A DNA stretch of 54,753 nucleotides from Nemertoderma westbladi (lineage: Eukaryota; Animalia; Xenacoelomorpha), in assembly GCA_032718475.1 (NCBI GenBank), contig JAUCBJ010003755.1, forward strand, positions 1 through 54,753, written 5' to 3'. The first letter of the stretch is position 1; the number at the start of each line of letters is the position of its first letter. The notes under the pieces are model-generated. The model was not told the DNA's origin. It ran no database searches and was given only the letters and a program-made list of their open reading frames with translations. Of this stretch, positions 36,069 to 51,100 are shown in pieces. The translations under genes and the position numbers were made by a program.

Positions 36069-39000
36069 TTGGAATTGTTTGTGGTGCAATCTGGTTGATC
36101 GGCAACCCTAAACACACGTGGGATTGTTTGTGGTGCAATCTGGTTGATCGCCAACCCTAAACACACTTGGAATTGTTTGTGGTGCAATCTGGTTGATCGC
36201 CAACCCTAAACACACTTGGGATTGTTTGTGGTGCAATCTGGTTGATCGCCAACCCTAAACACACTTCGGATTGTTTGTGGTGCAATCTGGTTGATCGCCA
36301 ACCCTAAACACACTTGGGATTGTTTGTGGTGCAATCTGGTTGATCGCCAACCCTAAACACACTTCGGATTGTTTGTGGTGCAATCTGGTTGATCGCCAAC
36401 CCTAAACACACTTGGGATTGTTTGTGGTGCAATCTGGTTGATCGCCAACCCTAAACACACGCAGTACGTTGATCGCCAACCCTAAACACACTTGGGATTG
36501 TTTGTGGTGCAATCTGGTTGATCGCCAACCCTAAACACACTTGGGATTGTTTGTGGTGCAATCTGGTTGATCGCCAACCCTAAACACACTTGGGATTGTT
36601 TGTGGTGCAATCTGGTTGATCGCCAACCCTAAACACACTTGGGATTGTTTGTGGTGCAATCTGGTTGATCGCCAACCCTGAACACACTTGGGATTGTTTG
36701 TGGTGCAGTCTGGTTGATCGCCAACACTAAACACACTTGGGATTGTTTGTAGTGCAATCTGGTTGATCGCCAACCCTAAACACACTTGGGATTGTTTGTG
36801 GTGCAATCTGGTTGATCGCCAACCCTAAACACACTTGGGATTGTTTGTGGTGCAATCTGGTTGATCGCCAACCCTAAAAACACTTGGGATTGTTTGTGGT
36901 GCAATCTGGTTGATCGCCAACCCTAAACACACGCAGTACGTTGATCGCCAACCCTAAACACACTTGGGATTGTTTGTGGTGCAATCTGGTTGATCGTCAA
37001 CCCTAAACACACGCAGTACGTTGATCGCCAACCCTAAACACACTTGGGATTGTTTGTGGTGCAATCTGGTTGATCGCCAACCCTAAACATACTTGGGATT
37101 GTTTGTGGTGCAATCTGGTTGATCGCCAACCCTAAAAACACTTGGGATTGTTTGTGGCGCAATCTGGTTGATCGCCAACCCTAAACACACTTGGGATTGT
37201 TTGTGGTGCAATCTGGTTGATCGCCAACCCTAAACACACTTGGGATTGTATGTGGGTATGTGGTGTAAACTGGTTGATCGCCAACCCTAAACACACTTGG
37301 GATTGTTTGTGGTGCAATCTGGTTGATCGCCAACCCTAAACACACTTGGGATTGTTTGTGGTGCAATCTGGTTGATCGCCAACCCTAAACACACTTGGGA
37401 TTGTTTGTGGTGCAATCTGGTTGATCGCCAACCCTAAACACACTTGGGATTGTTTGTGGTGCAATCTGGTTGATCGCCAACCCTAAACACACTTGGGATG
37501 ATTTGTGGTGCAATCTGGTTGATCGCCAACCCTAAACACACTTGGGATTGTTTGTGGTGTAATCTGGTTGATCGCCAACCCTAAACACACTTGGGATTGT
37601 TTGTGGTGCAATCTGGTTGATCGCCAACCCTAAACACACTTGGGATTGTTTGTGGTGCAATCTAGTTGATCGCCAACCCTAAACACACTTGGGATTGTTT
37701 GTGGTGCAATCTGGTTGATCGCCAACCCTAAACACACTTGGGATTGTATGTGGTGTAATCTGGTTGATCGCCAACCCTAAACACACTTGGGATTGTTTGT
37801 GGTGCAATCTGGCTGATCGCCAACCCTAACACACTTGGGATTGTTTGTGGTGCAATCTGGTTGATCGCCAACCCTAAACACACTTGGGATTGTTTGTGGT
37901 GCAATCTGGTTGATCGCCAACCCTAAACACACTTGGGATTGTTTGTGGTGCAATCTGGTTGATCGCCAACCCTAAACACACTTGGGATTGTTTGTGGTGC
38001 AATCTGGTTGATCGCCAACCCTAAACACACTTGGGATTGTTTGTGGTGCAATCTGGTTGATCGCCAACCCTAAACACACTTGGGATTGTATGTGGTGTAA
38101 TCTGGTTGATCGCCAACCCTAAACACACTTGGGATTGTTTGTGGTGCAATCTGGCTGATCGCCAACCCTAACACACTTGGGATTGTTTGTGGTGCAATCT
38201 GGTTGATCGCCAACCCTAAACACACTTGGGATTGTTTGTGGTGCAATCTGGTTGATCGCCAACCCTAAACACACTTCGGATTGTTTGTGGTGCAATCTGG
38301 TTGATCGCCAACCCTAAACACACTTGGGATTGTTTGTGGTGCAATCTGGTTGATCGCCAACCCTAAACACACTTCGGATTGTTTGTGGTGCAATCTGGTT
38401 GATCGCCAACCCTAAACACACTTGGGATTGTTTGTGGTGCAATCTGGCTGATCGCCAACCCTAACACACTTGGGATTGTTTGTGGTGCAATCTGGCTGAT
38501 CGCCAACCCTAACACACTTGGGATTGTTTGTGGTGCAATCTGGTTGATCGCCAACCCTAAACACACATGGGATTGTATGTGGTGTAATCTGGTTGATCGC
38601 CAACCCTAAACACACTTGGGATTGTTTGTGGTGCAATCTGGCTGATCGCCAACCCTAACACACTTGGGATTGTTTGTGGTGCAATCTGGTTGATCGCCAA
38701 CCCTAAACACACTTGGGATTGTATGTGGGTATGTGGTGTAAACTGGTTGATCGCCAACCCTAAACACACTTGGGATTGTTTGTGGTGCAATCTGGTTGAT
38801 CGCCAACCCTAAACACACTTGGGATTGTTTGTGGTGCAATCTGGTTGATCGCCAACCCTAAACACACTTGGGATTGTTTGTGGTGCAATCTGGTTGATCG
38901 CCAACCCTAAACACACTTGGGATGATTTGTGGTGCAATCTGGTTGATCGCCAACCCTAAACACACTTGGGATTGTTTGTGGTGTAATCTGGTTGATCGCC

Positions 39001-42000
39001 AACCCTAAACACACTTGGGATTGTTTGTGGTGCAATCTGGTTGATCGCCAACCCTAAACACACTTGGGATTGTTTGTGGTGCAATCTAGTTGATCGCCAA
39101 CCCTAAACACACTTGGGATTGTTTGTGGTGCAATCTGGTTGATCGCCAACCCTAAACACACTTGGGATTGTATGTGGTGTAATCTGGTTGATCGCCAACC
39201 CTAAACACACTTGGGATTGTTTGTGGTGCAATCTGGCTGATCGCCAACCCTAACACACTTGGGATTGTTTGTGGTGCAATCTGGTTGATCGCCAACCCTA
39301 AACACACTTGGGATTGTTTGTGGTGCAATCTGGTTGATCGCCAACCCTAAACACACTTGGGATTGTTTGTGGTGCAATCTGGTTGATCGCCAACCCTAAA
39401 CACACTTGGGATTGTTTGTGGTGCAATCTGGTTGATCGCCAACCCTAAACACACTTGGGATTGTTTGTGGTGCAATCTGGTTGATCGCCAACCCTAAACA
39501 CACTTGGGATTGTATGTGGTGTAATCTGGTTGATCGCCAACCCTAAACACACTTGGGATTGTTTGTGGTGCAATCTGGCTGATCGCCAACCCTAACACAC
39601 TTGGGATTGTTTGTGGTGCAATCTGGTTGATCGCCAACCCTAAACACACTTGGGATTGTTTGTGGTGCAATCTGGTTGATCGCCAACCCTAAACACACTT
39701 CGGATTGTTTGTGGTGCAATCTCGTTGATCGCCAACCCTAAACACACTTGGGATTGTTTGTGGTGCAATCTGGTTGATCGCCAACCCTAAACACACTTCG
39801 GATTGTTTGTGGTGCAATCTGGTTGATCGCCAACCCTAAACACACTTGGGATTGTTTGTGGTGCAATCTGGCTGATCGCCAACCCTAACACACTTGGGAT
39901 TGTTTGTGGTGCAATCTGGCTGATCGCCAACCGTAACACACTTGGGATTGTTTGTGGTGCAATCTGGTTGATCGCCAACCCTAAACACACTTGGGATTGT
40001 TTGTGGTGCAATCTGGCTGATCGCCAACCCTAAACACACTTGGGATTGTTTGTGGTGCAATCTGGTTGATCGCCAACCCTATACACACTTGGGATTGTTT
40101 GTGGTGCAATCTGGTTGATCGCCAACCCTAACACACTTGGGATTGTTTGTGGTACAATCTGGTTGATCGCCAACCCTAAACACACTTGGGATTGTTTGTG
40201 GTGCAATCTGGTTGATCGTCAACCCTAACACACTTGGGATTGTTTGTGGTGCAATCTGGTTGATCGCCAACCCTAAACACACTTGGGATTGTTTGTGGTG
40301 CAATCTGGCTGATCGCCAACCCTAAACACACTTGGGATTGTTTGTGGTGCAATCTGGTTGATCGCCAACCCTAAACACACGCAGTACGTTGATCGCCAAC
40401 CCTAAACACACTTGGGATTGTTTGTGGTGCAATCTGGTTGATCGCCAACCCTAAACATACTTGGGATTGTTTGTGGTGCAATCTGGTTGATCGCCAACCC
40501 TAAACACACTTGGGATTGTTTGTGGCGCAATCTGGTTGATCGCCAACCCTAAACACACTTGGGATTGTTTGTGGTGCAATCTGGTTGATCGCCAACAGTA
40601 AACACACTTGGGATTGTTTGTGGTGCAATCTGGTTGATCGCCAACCCTAAACACACTTGGGATTGTATGTGGGTATGTGGTGTAAACTGGTTGATCGCCA
40701 ACCCTAAACACACTTGGGATTGTATGTGGGTATGTGGTGTAAACTGGTTGATCGCCAACCCTAAACACACTTGGGATTGTTTGTGGTGCAATCTGGTTGA
40801 TCGCCAACCCTAAACACACTTGGGATTGTTTGTGGTGCAATCTGGTTGATCGCCAACCCTAAACACACTTGGGATTGTTTGTGGTGCAATCTGGTTGATC
40901 GCCAACCCTAAACACACTTGGGATTGTTTGTGGTGCAATCAGGTTGATCGCCAACCCTAAACACACTTGGGATGATTTGTGGTGCAATCTGGTTGATCGC
41001 CAACCCTAAACACACTTGGGATTGTTTGTGGTGTAATCTGGTTGATCGCCAACCCTAAACACACTTGGGATTGTTTGTGGTGCAATCTGGTTGATCGCCA
41101 ACCCTAAACACACTTGGGATTGTTTGTGGTGCAATCTAGTTGATCGCCAACCCTAAACACACTTGGGATTGTTTGTGGTGCAATCTGGTTGATCGCCAAC
41201 CCTAAACACACTTGGGATTGTATGTGGTTTAATCTGGTTGATCGCCAACCCTAAACACACTTGGGATTGTTTGTGGTGCAATCTGGCTGATCGCCAACCC
41301 TAACACACTTGGGATTGTTTGTGGTGCAATCTGGTTGATCGCCAACCCTAAACACACTTAGGATTGTTTGTGGTGCAATCTGGTTGATCGCCAACCCTAA
41401 ACACACTTGGGATTGTTTGTGGTGCAATCTGGTTGATCGCCAACCCTAAACACACTTGGGATTGTTTGTGGTGCAATCTGGTTGATCGCCAACCCTAAAC
41501 ACACTTGGGATTGTTTGTGGTGCAATCTGGTTGATCGCCAACCCTAAACACACTTGGGATTGTATGTGGTGTAATCTGGTTGATCGCCAACCCTAAACAC
41601 ACTTGGGATTGTTTGTGGTGCAATCTGGCTGATCGCCAACCCTAACACACTTGGGATTGTTTGTGGTGCAATCTGGTTGATCGCCAACCCTAAACACACT
41701 TGGGATTGTTTGTGGTGCAATCTGGTTGATCGCCAACCCTAAACACACTTCGGATTGTTTGTGGTGCAATCTGGTTGATCGCCAACCCTAAACACACTTG
41801 GGATTGTTTGTGGTGCAATCTGGTTGATCGCCAACCCTAAACACACTTCGGATTGTTTGTGGTGCAATCTGGTTGATCGCCAACCCTAAACACACTTGGG
41901 ATTGTTTGTGGTGCAATCTGGCTGATCGCCAACCCTAACACACTTGGGATTGTTTGTGGTGCAATCTGGCTGATCGCCAACCCTAACACACTTGGGATTG

Positions 42001-45000
42001 TTTGTGGTGCAATCTGGTTGATCGCCAACCCTAAACACACTTGGGATTGTTTGTGGTGCAATCTGGCTGATCGCCAACCCTAAACACACTTGGGATTGTT
42101 TGTGGTGCAATCTGGTTGATCGCCAACCCTAAACACACTTGGGATTGTTTGTGGTGCAATCTGGTTGATCGCCAACCCTAACACACTTGGGATTGTTTGT
42201 GGTGCAATCTGGTTGATCGCCCACCCTAAACACACTTGGGATTGTTTGTGGTGCAATCTGGTTGATCGTCAACCCTAACTCACTTGGGATTGTTTGTGGT
42301 GCAATCTGGTTGATCGCCAACCCTAAACACACTTGGGATTGTTTGTGGTGCAATCTGGCTGATCGCCAACCCTAAACACACTTGGGATTGTTTGTGGTGC
42401 AATCTGGTTGATCGCCAACCCTAACACACTTGGGATTGTTTGTGGTGCAATCTGGTTGATCGCCAACCCTAAACACACTTGGGATTGTTTGTGGTGCAAT
42501 CTGGTTGATCGCCAACCCTAACACACTTGGGATTGTTTGTGGTGCAATCTGGTTGATCGCCAACCCTAAACACACTTGGGATTGTTTGTGGTGCAATCTG
42601 GTTGATCGCCAACCCTAAACATACTTGGGATTGTTTGTGGTGCAATCTGGTTGATCGCCAACCCTAAACACACTTGGGATTGTTTGTGGTGCAATCTGGT
42701 TGATCGCCAACCCTAAACATACTTGGGATTGTTTGTGGTGCAATCTGGTTGATCGCCAACCCTAAACATACTTGGGATTGTTTGTGGTGCAATCTGGTTG
42801 ATCGCCAACCCTAAACACACTTGGGATTGTATGTGGTGCAATCTGGTTGATCGCCAACCCTAACACACTTGGGATTGTTTGTGGTGCAATCTGGTTGATC
42901 GCCAACCCTAAACACACTTGGGATTGTTTGTGGTGCAATCTGGTTGATCGCCAACCCTAAACACACTTGGGATTGTATGTGGTGCAATCTGGTTGATCGC
43001 CAACCCTAACACACTTGGGATTGTTTGTGGTGCAATCTGGTTGATCGCCAACCCTAAACACACTTGGGATTGTTTGTGGTGCAATCTGGCTGATCGCCAA
43101 CCCTAACACACTTGGGATTGTTTGTGGTGCAATCTGGTTGATCGCCAACCCTAAACACACTTGGGATTGTATGTGGGTATGTGGTGTAAACTGGTTGATC
43201 GCCAACCCTAAACACACTTGGGATTGTTTGTGGTGCAATCTGGTTGATCGCCAACCCTAAACACACTTCGGATTGTTTGTGGTGCAATCTCGTTGATCGC
43301 CAACCCTAAACACACTTGGGATTGTTTGTGGTGCAATCTGGTTGATCGCCAACCCTAAACACACTTCGGATTGTTTGTGGTGCAATCTGGTTGATCGCCA
43401 ACCCTAAACACACTTGGGATTGTTTGTGGTGCAATCTGGCTGATCGCCAACCCTAACACACTTGGGATTGTTTGTGGTGCAATCTGGCTGATCGCCAACC
43501 GAACACACTTGGGATTGTTTGTGGTGCAATCTGGTTGATCGCCAACCCTAAACACACTTGGGATTGTTTGTGGTGCAATCTGGCTGATCGCCAACCCTAA
43601 ACACACTTGGGATTGTTTGTGGTGCAATCTGGTTGATCGCCAACCCTAAACACACTTGGGATTGTTTGTGGTGCAATCTGGTTGATCGCCAACCCTAACA
43701 CACTTGGGATTGTTTGTGGTACAATCTGGTTGATCGCCAACCCTAAACACACTTGGGATTGTTTGTGGTGCAATCTGGTTGATCGTCAACCCTAACACAC
43801 TTGGGATTGTTTGTGGTGCAATCTGGTTGATCGCCAACCCTAAACACACTTGGGATTGTTTGTGGTGCAATCTGGCTGATCGCCAACCCTAAACACACTT
43901 GGGATTGTTTGTGGTGCAATCTGGTTGATCGCCAACCCTAAACACACGCAGTACGTTGATCGCCAACCCTAAACACACTTGGGATTGTTTGTGGTGCAAT
44001 CTGGTTGATCGCCAACCCTAAACATACTTGGGATTGTTTGTGGTGCAATCTGGTTGATCGCCAACCCTAAACACACTTGGGATTGTTTGTGGCGCAATCT
44101 GGTTGATCGCCAACCCTAAACACACTTGGGATTGTTTGTGGTGCAATCTGGTTGATCGCCAACAGTAAACACACTTGGGATTGTTTGTGGTGCAATCTGG
44201 TTGATCGCCAACCCTAAACACACTTGGGATTGTATGTGGGTATGTGGTGTAAACTGGTTGATCGCCAACCCTAAACACACTTGGGATTGTATGTGGGTAT
44301 GTGGTGTAAACTGGTTGATCGCCAACCCTAAACACACTTGGGATTGTTTGTGGTGCAATCTGGTTGATCGCCAACCCTAAACACACTTGGGATTGTTTGT
44401 GGTGCAATCTGGTTGATCGCCAACCCTAAACACACTTGGGATTGTTTGTGGTGCAATCTGGTTGATCGCCAACCCTAAACACACTTGGGATTGTTTGTGG
44501 TGCAATCAGGTTGATCGCCAACCCTAAACACACTTGGGATGATTTGTGGTGCAATCTGGTTGATCGCCAACCCTAAACACACTTGGGATTGTTTGTGGTG
44601 TAATCTGGTTGATCGCCAACCCTAAACACACTTGGGATTGTTTGTGGTGCAATCTGGTTGATCGCCAACCCTAAACACACTTGGGATTGTTTGTGGTGCA
44701 ATCTAGTTGATCGCCAACCCTAAACACACTTGGGATTGTTTGTGGTGCAATCTGGTTGATCGCCAACCCTAAACACACTTGGGATTGTATGTGGTTTAAT
44801 CTGGTTGATCGCCAACCCTAAACACACTTGGGATTGTTTGTGGTGCAATCTGGCTGATCGCCAACCCTAACACACTTGGGATTGTTTGTGGTGCAATCTG
44901 GTTGATCGCCAACCCTAAACACACTTAGGATTGTTTGTGGTGCAATCTGGTTGATCGCCAACCCTAAACACACTTGGGATTGTTTGTGGTGCAATCTGGT

Positions 45001-47109
45001 TGATCGCCAACCCTAAACACACTTGGGATTGTTTGTGGTGCAATCTGGTTGATCGCCAACCCTAAACACACTTGGGATTGTTTGTGGTGCAATCTGGTTG
45101 ATCGCCAACCCTAAACACACTTGGGATTGTATGTGGTGTAATCTGGTTGATCGCCAACCCTAAACACACTTGGGATTGTTTGTGGTGCAATCTGGCTGAT
45201 CGCCAACCCTAACACACTTGGGATTGTTTGTGGTGCAATCTGGTTGATCGCCAACCCTAAACACACTTGGGATTGTTTGTGGTGCAATCTGGTTGATCGC
45301 CAACCCTAAACACACTTCGGATTGTTTGTGGTGCAATCTGGTTGATCGCCAACCCTAAACACACTTGGGATTGTTTGTGGTGCAATCTGGTTGATCGCCA
45401 ACCCTAAACACACTTCGGATTGTTTGTGGTGCAATCTGGTTGATCGCCAACCCTAAACACACTTGGGATTGTTTGTGGTGCAATCTGGCTGATCGCCAAC
45501 CCTAACACACTTGGGATTGTTTGTGGTGCAATCTGGCTGATCGCCAACCCTAACACACTTGGGATTGTTTGTGGTGCAATCTGGTTGATCGCCAACCCTA
45601 AACACACTTGGGATTGTTTGTGGTGCAATCTGGCTGATCGCCAACCCTAAACACACTTGGGATTGTTTGTGGTGCAATCTGGTTGATCGCCAACCCTAAA
45701 CACACTTGGGATTGTTTGTGGTGCAATCTGGTTGATCGCCAACCCTAACACACTTGGGATTGTTTGTGGTGCAATCTGGTTGATCGCCCACCCTAAACAC
45801 ACTTGGGATTGTTTGTGGTGCAATCTGGTTGATCGTCAACCCTAACTCACTTGGGATTGTTTGTGGTGCAATCTGGTTGATCGCCAACCCTAAACACACT
45901 TGGGATTGTTTGTGGTGCAATCTGGCTGATCGCCAACCCTAAACACACTTGGGATTGTTTGTGGTGCAATCTGGTTGATCGCCAACCCTAACACACTTGG
46001 GATTGTTTGTGGTGCAATCTGGTTGATCGCCAACCCTAAACACACTTGGGATTGTTTGTGGTGCAATCTGGTTGATCGCCAACCCTAACACACTTGGGAT
46101 TGTTTGTGGTGCAATCTGGTTGATCGCCAACCCTAAACACACTTGGGATTGTTTGTGGTGCAATCTGGTTGATCGCCAACCCTAAACATACTTGGGATTG
46201 TTTGTGGTGCAATCTGGTTGATCGCCAACCCTAAACACACTTGGGATTGTTTGTGGTGCAATCTGGTTGATCGCCAACCCTAAACATACTTGGGATTGTT
46301 TGTGGTGCAATCTGGTTGATCGCCAACCCTAAACATACTTGGGATTGTTTGTGGTGCAATCTGGTTGATCGCCAACCCTAAACACACTTGGGATTGTATG
46401 TGGTGCAATCTGGTTGATCGCCAACCCTAACACACTTGGGATTGTTTGTGGTGCAATCTGGTTGATCGCCAACCCTAAACACACTTGGGATTGTTTGTGG
46501 TGCAATCTGGCTGATCGCCAACCCTAAACACACTTGGGATTGTTTGTGGTGCAATCTGGTTGATCGCCAACCCTAAACACACTTGGGATTGTTTGTGGTG
46601 CAATCTGGTTGATCGCCAACCCTAACACACTTGGGATTGTTTGTGGTGCAATCTGGTTGATCGCCAACCCTAAACACACTTGGGATTGTTTGTGGTGCAA
46701 TCTGGTTGATCGCCAACCCTAAACATACTTGGGATTGTTTGTGGTGCAATCTGGTTGATCGCCAACCCTAAACACACTTGGGATTGTTTGTGGTGCAATC
46801 TGGTTGATCGCCAACCCTAAACATACTTGGGATTGTTTGTGGTGCAATCTGGTTGATCGCCAACCCTAACACACTTGGGATTGTTTGTGGTGCAATCTGG
46901 TTGATCGCCAACCCTAAACACACTTGGGATTGTTTGTGGTGCAATCTGGTTGATCGCCAACCCTAAACACACTTGGGATTGTTTGTGGTGCAATCTGGTT
47001 GATCGCCAATCCTAAACACACTTGGGATTGTTTGTGGTGCAATCTGGTTGATCGCCAACCCTAAACACACTTGGGATTGTTTGTGGTGCAATCTGGTTGA
47101 TCGCCAACC
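36069..47109. repeat. 49-bp satellite AACCCTAAACACACTTGGGATTGTTTGTGGTGCAATCTGGTTGATCGCC (about 225 units; 48- and 56-bp variants; higher-order repeats)
   Basis: Direct periodicity. Shares a 24-bp core with the 31-mer. Variant blocks recur at 1473-bp and 3567-bp offsets. Confidence 0.99.
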
Positions 47110-47172
47110 TCCTTTTCCTTTGAAATAAAATGTAAAACTAAAAATTGTTAATAAATCCAGACAATGACTTAC

Positions 47173-47319
47173 CTTTATTGGTTTGGTTGAGATGAATATA
47201 AGACACATTAGCTAGTCGAAATGTATCGAATAGTTTAGTTAGTTCGAGATTGTCCGAAATTACAACTTTATCTCGATTCGTCAAACTATGAATAGCCAAT
47301 AGATTACACATGCGAGGAC
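47173..47319 (-). CDS. DPP4/DPP6/DPP10-like exon (GPRMCNLLAIHSLTNRDKVVISDNLELTKLFDTFRLANVSYIHLNQTNKG)
   Basis: Acceptor ttgttttttag|GT and donor AAG|gtaagt. 147 nt, open, phase 1-1. Aligns to the GP....LH......VL.DN..L...L region that precedes W....PP in S9B proteins. Confidence 0.85.
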
Positions 47320-48142
47320 CTAAAAAACAACATCAAACATTGGCATTGGCGCGTATCCAAGGATACAATATCAAACATTGGCATATTATCAATGTAAAGC
47401 ACATTCTAAAAATACTTATGAATTGTTAATACTTAAAATGAAAACATATTCATTTTTATTAAAAATAACCTAAAACGTTATGTTTCAAAGGTGATGAAAA
47501 TGTTTGATGTCTATCACGATTTGTGTTACTATTTTAATTCCAATTTGCTTCTGAACAACAGTTGAACTGCATTATCTAGGGGTTTACAATTAGGGGTTTG
47601 TCGGATTTCCGCGCGGATTTTGATTAAAAAAATACGGTTTTTGTGCAGGTCGGTTTTTTCAAAAATTTTATAAATTTTGAGGCATTTATATGTAAAATAA
47701 TTCTATGTTTACGGATCCGTAACACCACCTGGGTTGAAGTTCTCGGCCAATTCGTTGGCGAAATGGACCTACAGTAGGTATGTAGGCAATCTTCTACGAA
47801 AATGTCAGCACAAAATTATTGTTTTTGAAAAATGTATGATGGGGGTTTTAGAATGTCCGGACTATAGTTTGGGAATCAAATATTTTGTGATAGACAAAGG
47901 GTAGCAGTTACAAAATCGGTTCTAGAACATCCAAATTGCCTTATTTTACAATTTTACACTCACGATTGTAGCCCTAAAGCTGCTGAACATTTTAGCATAT
48001 GTTTGCTGAACATTGAGTAAAAAATGAAAACAAACGTAGTAGGGAATTTAGTAATGAATTTAATATTATTAATATAGAGAGTCCTGAATATCAGCCATAA
48101 ATACTGTTGTTGAAATGTGCTGTTTTGTAATCTAAAAATCTT

Positions 48143-51100
48143 TCAATGGTAAATACGGATGTCACCACATGAAAGCCCCTCTATGGTGAATACGGATGTC
48201 ACCACATGAAAGCCCCTCTATGGTGAATACGGATGTCACCACATGAAAGCCCCTCTATGGTGAATACGGATGTCACCACATGAAAGCCCCTCAATGGTAA
48301 ATACGGATGTCACCACATGAAAGCCCCTCAATGGTGAATACGGATGTCACCACATGAAAGCCCCTCTATGGTGAATACGGATGTCACCACATGAAAGCCC
48401 GTCAATGGTGAATACGGATGTCACCACATGAAAGCCCCTCAATGGTAAATACGGATGCCACCACATGAAAGCCCCTCAATGGTAAATACGGATGCCACCA
48501 CATGAAAGCCCCTCAATGGTAAATACGGATGTCACCACATGAAAGCCCCTCAATGGTAAATACGGATGTCACCACATGAAAGCCCCTCAATGGTGAATAC
48601 GGATGTCACCACATGAAAGCCCCTCAATGGTGAATACGGATGTCACCACATGAAAGCCCCTCTATAGTGAATACGGATGTCACCACATGAAAGCCCCTCA
48701 ATGGTGAATACGGATGTCACCACATGAAAGCCCCTCTATGGTGAATACGGATGTCACCACATGAAAGCCCCTCAATGGTGAATACGGATGTCACCACATG
48801 AAAGCCCCTCAATGGTGAATACGGATGTCACCACATGAAAGCCCCTCAATGGTAAATACGGATGTCACCACATGAAAGCCCCTCAATGGTAAATACGGAT
48901 GTCACCACATGAAAGCCCCTCAATGGTAAATACGGATGTCACCACATGAAAGCCCCTCAATGGTGAATACGGATGTCACCACATGAAAGCCCCTCAATGG
49001 TGAATACGGATGTCACCACATGAAAGCCCCTCTATGGTGAATACGGATGTCACCACATGAAAGCCCCTCAATGGTGAATACGGATGTCACCACATGAAAG
49101 CCCCTCTATGGTGAATACGGATGTCACCACATGAAAGCCCCTCAATGGTGAATACGGATGTCACCACATGAAAGCCCCTCAATGGTGAATACGGATGTCA
49201 CCACATGAAAGCCCCTCAATGGTAAATACGGATGTCACCACATGAAAGCCCCTCAATGGTGAATACGGATGTCACCACATGAAAGCCCCTCTATGGTGAA
49301 TACGGATGTCACCACATGAAAGCCCCTCAATGGTGAATACGGATGTCACCACATGAAAGCCCCTCAATGGTAAATACGGATGTCACCACATGAAAGCCCC
49401 TCAATGGTGAATACGGATGTCACCACATGAAAGCCCCTCTATGGTAAATACGGATGTCACCACATGAAAGCCCCTCAATGGTAAATACGGATGTCACCAC
49501 ATGAAAGCCCCTCAATGGTGAATACGGATGTCACCACATGAAAGCCCCTCAATGGTAAATACGGATGTCACCACATGAAAGCCCCTCAATGGTGAATACG
49601 GATGTCACCACATGAAAGCCCCTCTATGGTAAATACGGATGTCACCACATGAAAGCCCCTCAATGGTAAATACGGATGTCACCACATGAAAGCCCCTCAA
49701 TGGTGAATACGGATGTCACCACATGAAAGCCCCTCAATGGTGAATACGGATGTCACCACATGAAAGCCCCTCAATGGTAAATACGGATGTCACCACATGA
49801 AAGCCCCTCAATGGTGAATACGGATGTCACCACATGAAAGCCCCTCAATGGTGAATACGGATGTCACCACATGAAAGCCCCTCAATGGTAAATACGGATG
49901 TCACCACATGAAAGCCCCTCAATGGTGAATACGGATGTCACCACATGAAAGCCCCTCAATGGTAAATACGGATGTCACCACATGAAAGCCCCTCAATGGT
50001 GAATACGGATGTCACCACATGAAAGCCCCTCAATGGTGAATACGGATGTCACCACATGAAAGCCCCTCAATGGTGAATACGGATGTCACCACATGAAAGC
50101 CCCTCAATGGTAAATACGGATGTCACCACATGAAAGCCCCTCAATGGTGAATACGGATGTCACCACATGAAAGCCCCTCAATGGTAAATACGGATGTCAC
50201 CACATGAAAGCCCCTCAATGGTGAATACGGATGTCACCACATGAAAGCCCCTCAATGGTAAATACGGATGTCACCACATGAAAGCCCCTCAATGGTGAAT
50301 ACGGATGTCACCACATGAAAGCCCCTCAATGGTAAATACGGATGTCACCACATGAAAGCCCCTCAATGGTGAATACGGATGTCACCACATGAAAGCCCCT
50401 CAATGGTGAATACGGATGTCACCACATGAAAGCCCCTCAATGGTGAATACGGATGTCACCACATGAAAGCCCCTCAATGGTAAATACGGATGTCACCACA
50501 TGAAAGCCCCTCAATGGTGAATACGGATGTCACCACATGAAAGCCCCTCAATGGTAAATACGGATGTCACCACATGAAAGCCCCTCAATGGTGAATACGG
50601 ATGTCACCACATGAAAGCCCCTCAATGGTAAATACGGATGTCACCACATGAAAGCCCCTCAATGGTAAATACGGATGTCACCACATGAAAGCCCCTCAAT
50701 GGTGAATACGGATGTCACCACATGAAAGCCCCTCAATGGTAAATACGGATGTCACCACATGAAAGCCCCTCAATGGTGAATACGGATGTCACCACATGAA
50801 AGCCCCTCAATGGTAAATACGGATGTCACCACATGAAAGCCCCTCAATGGTGAATACGGATGTCACCACATGAAAGCCCCTCAATGGTGAATACGGATGT
50901 CACCACATGAAAGCCCCTCAATGGTGAATACGGATGTCACCACATGAAAGCCCCTCAATGGTAAATACGGATGTCACCACATGAAAGCCCCTCAATGGTG
51001 AATACGGATGTCACCACATGAAAGCCCCTCAATGGTGAATACGGATGTCACCACATGAAAGCCCCTCAATGGTGAATACGGATGTCACCACATGAAAGCC

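Noticed and set aside
35462-47109. CRISPR-like repeat/spacer appearance (24-bp hairpin core plus inserts)
   Set aside because: The inserts are only three recurring types rather than unique spacers. There are no cas genes and the context is eukaryotic.
16596-47109. True telomere or interstitial telomeric array
   Set aside because: CCCTAA(A) occurs once per 31- or 49-bp unit, never as tandem hexamers or heptamers.
36531-47208. Repeated short minus-strand ORFs (MHHKQSQVCLG...)
   Set aside because: Translations of the 49-mer that open only where 48- or 56-bp variants skip the stop.
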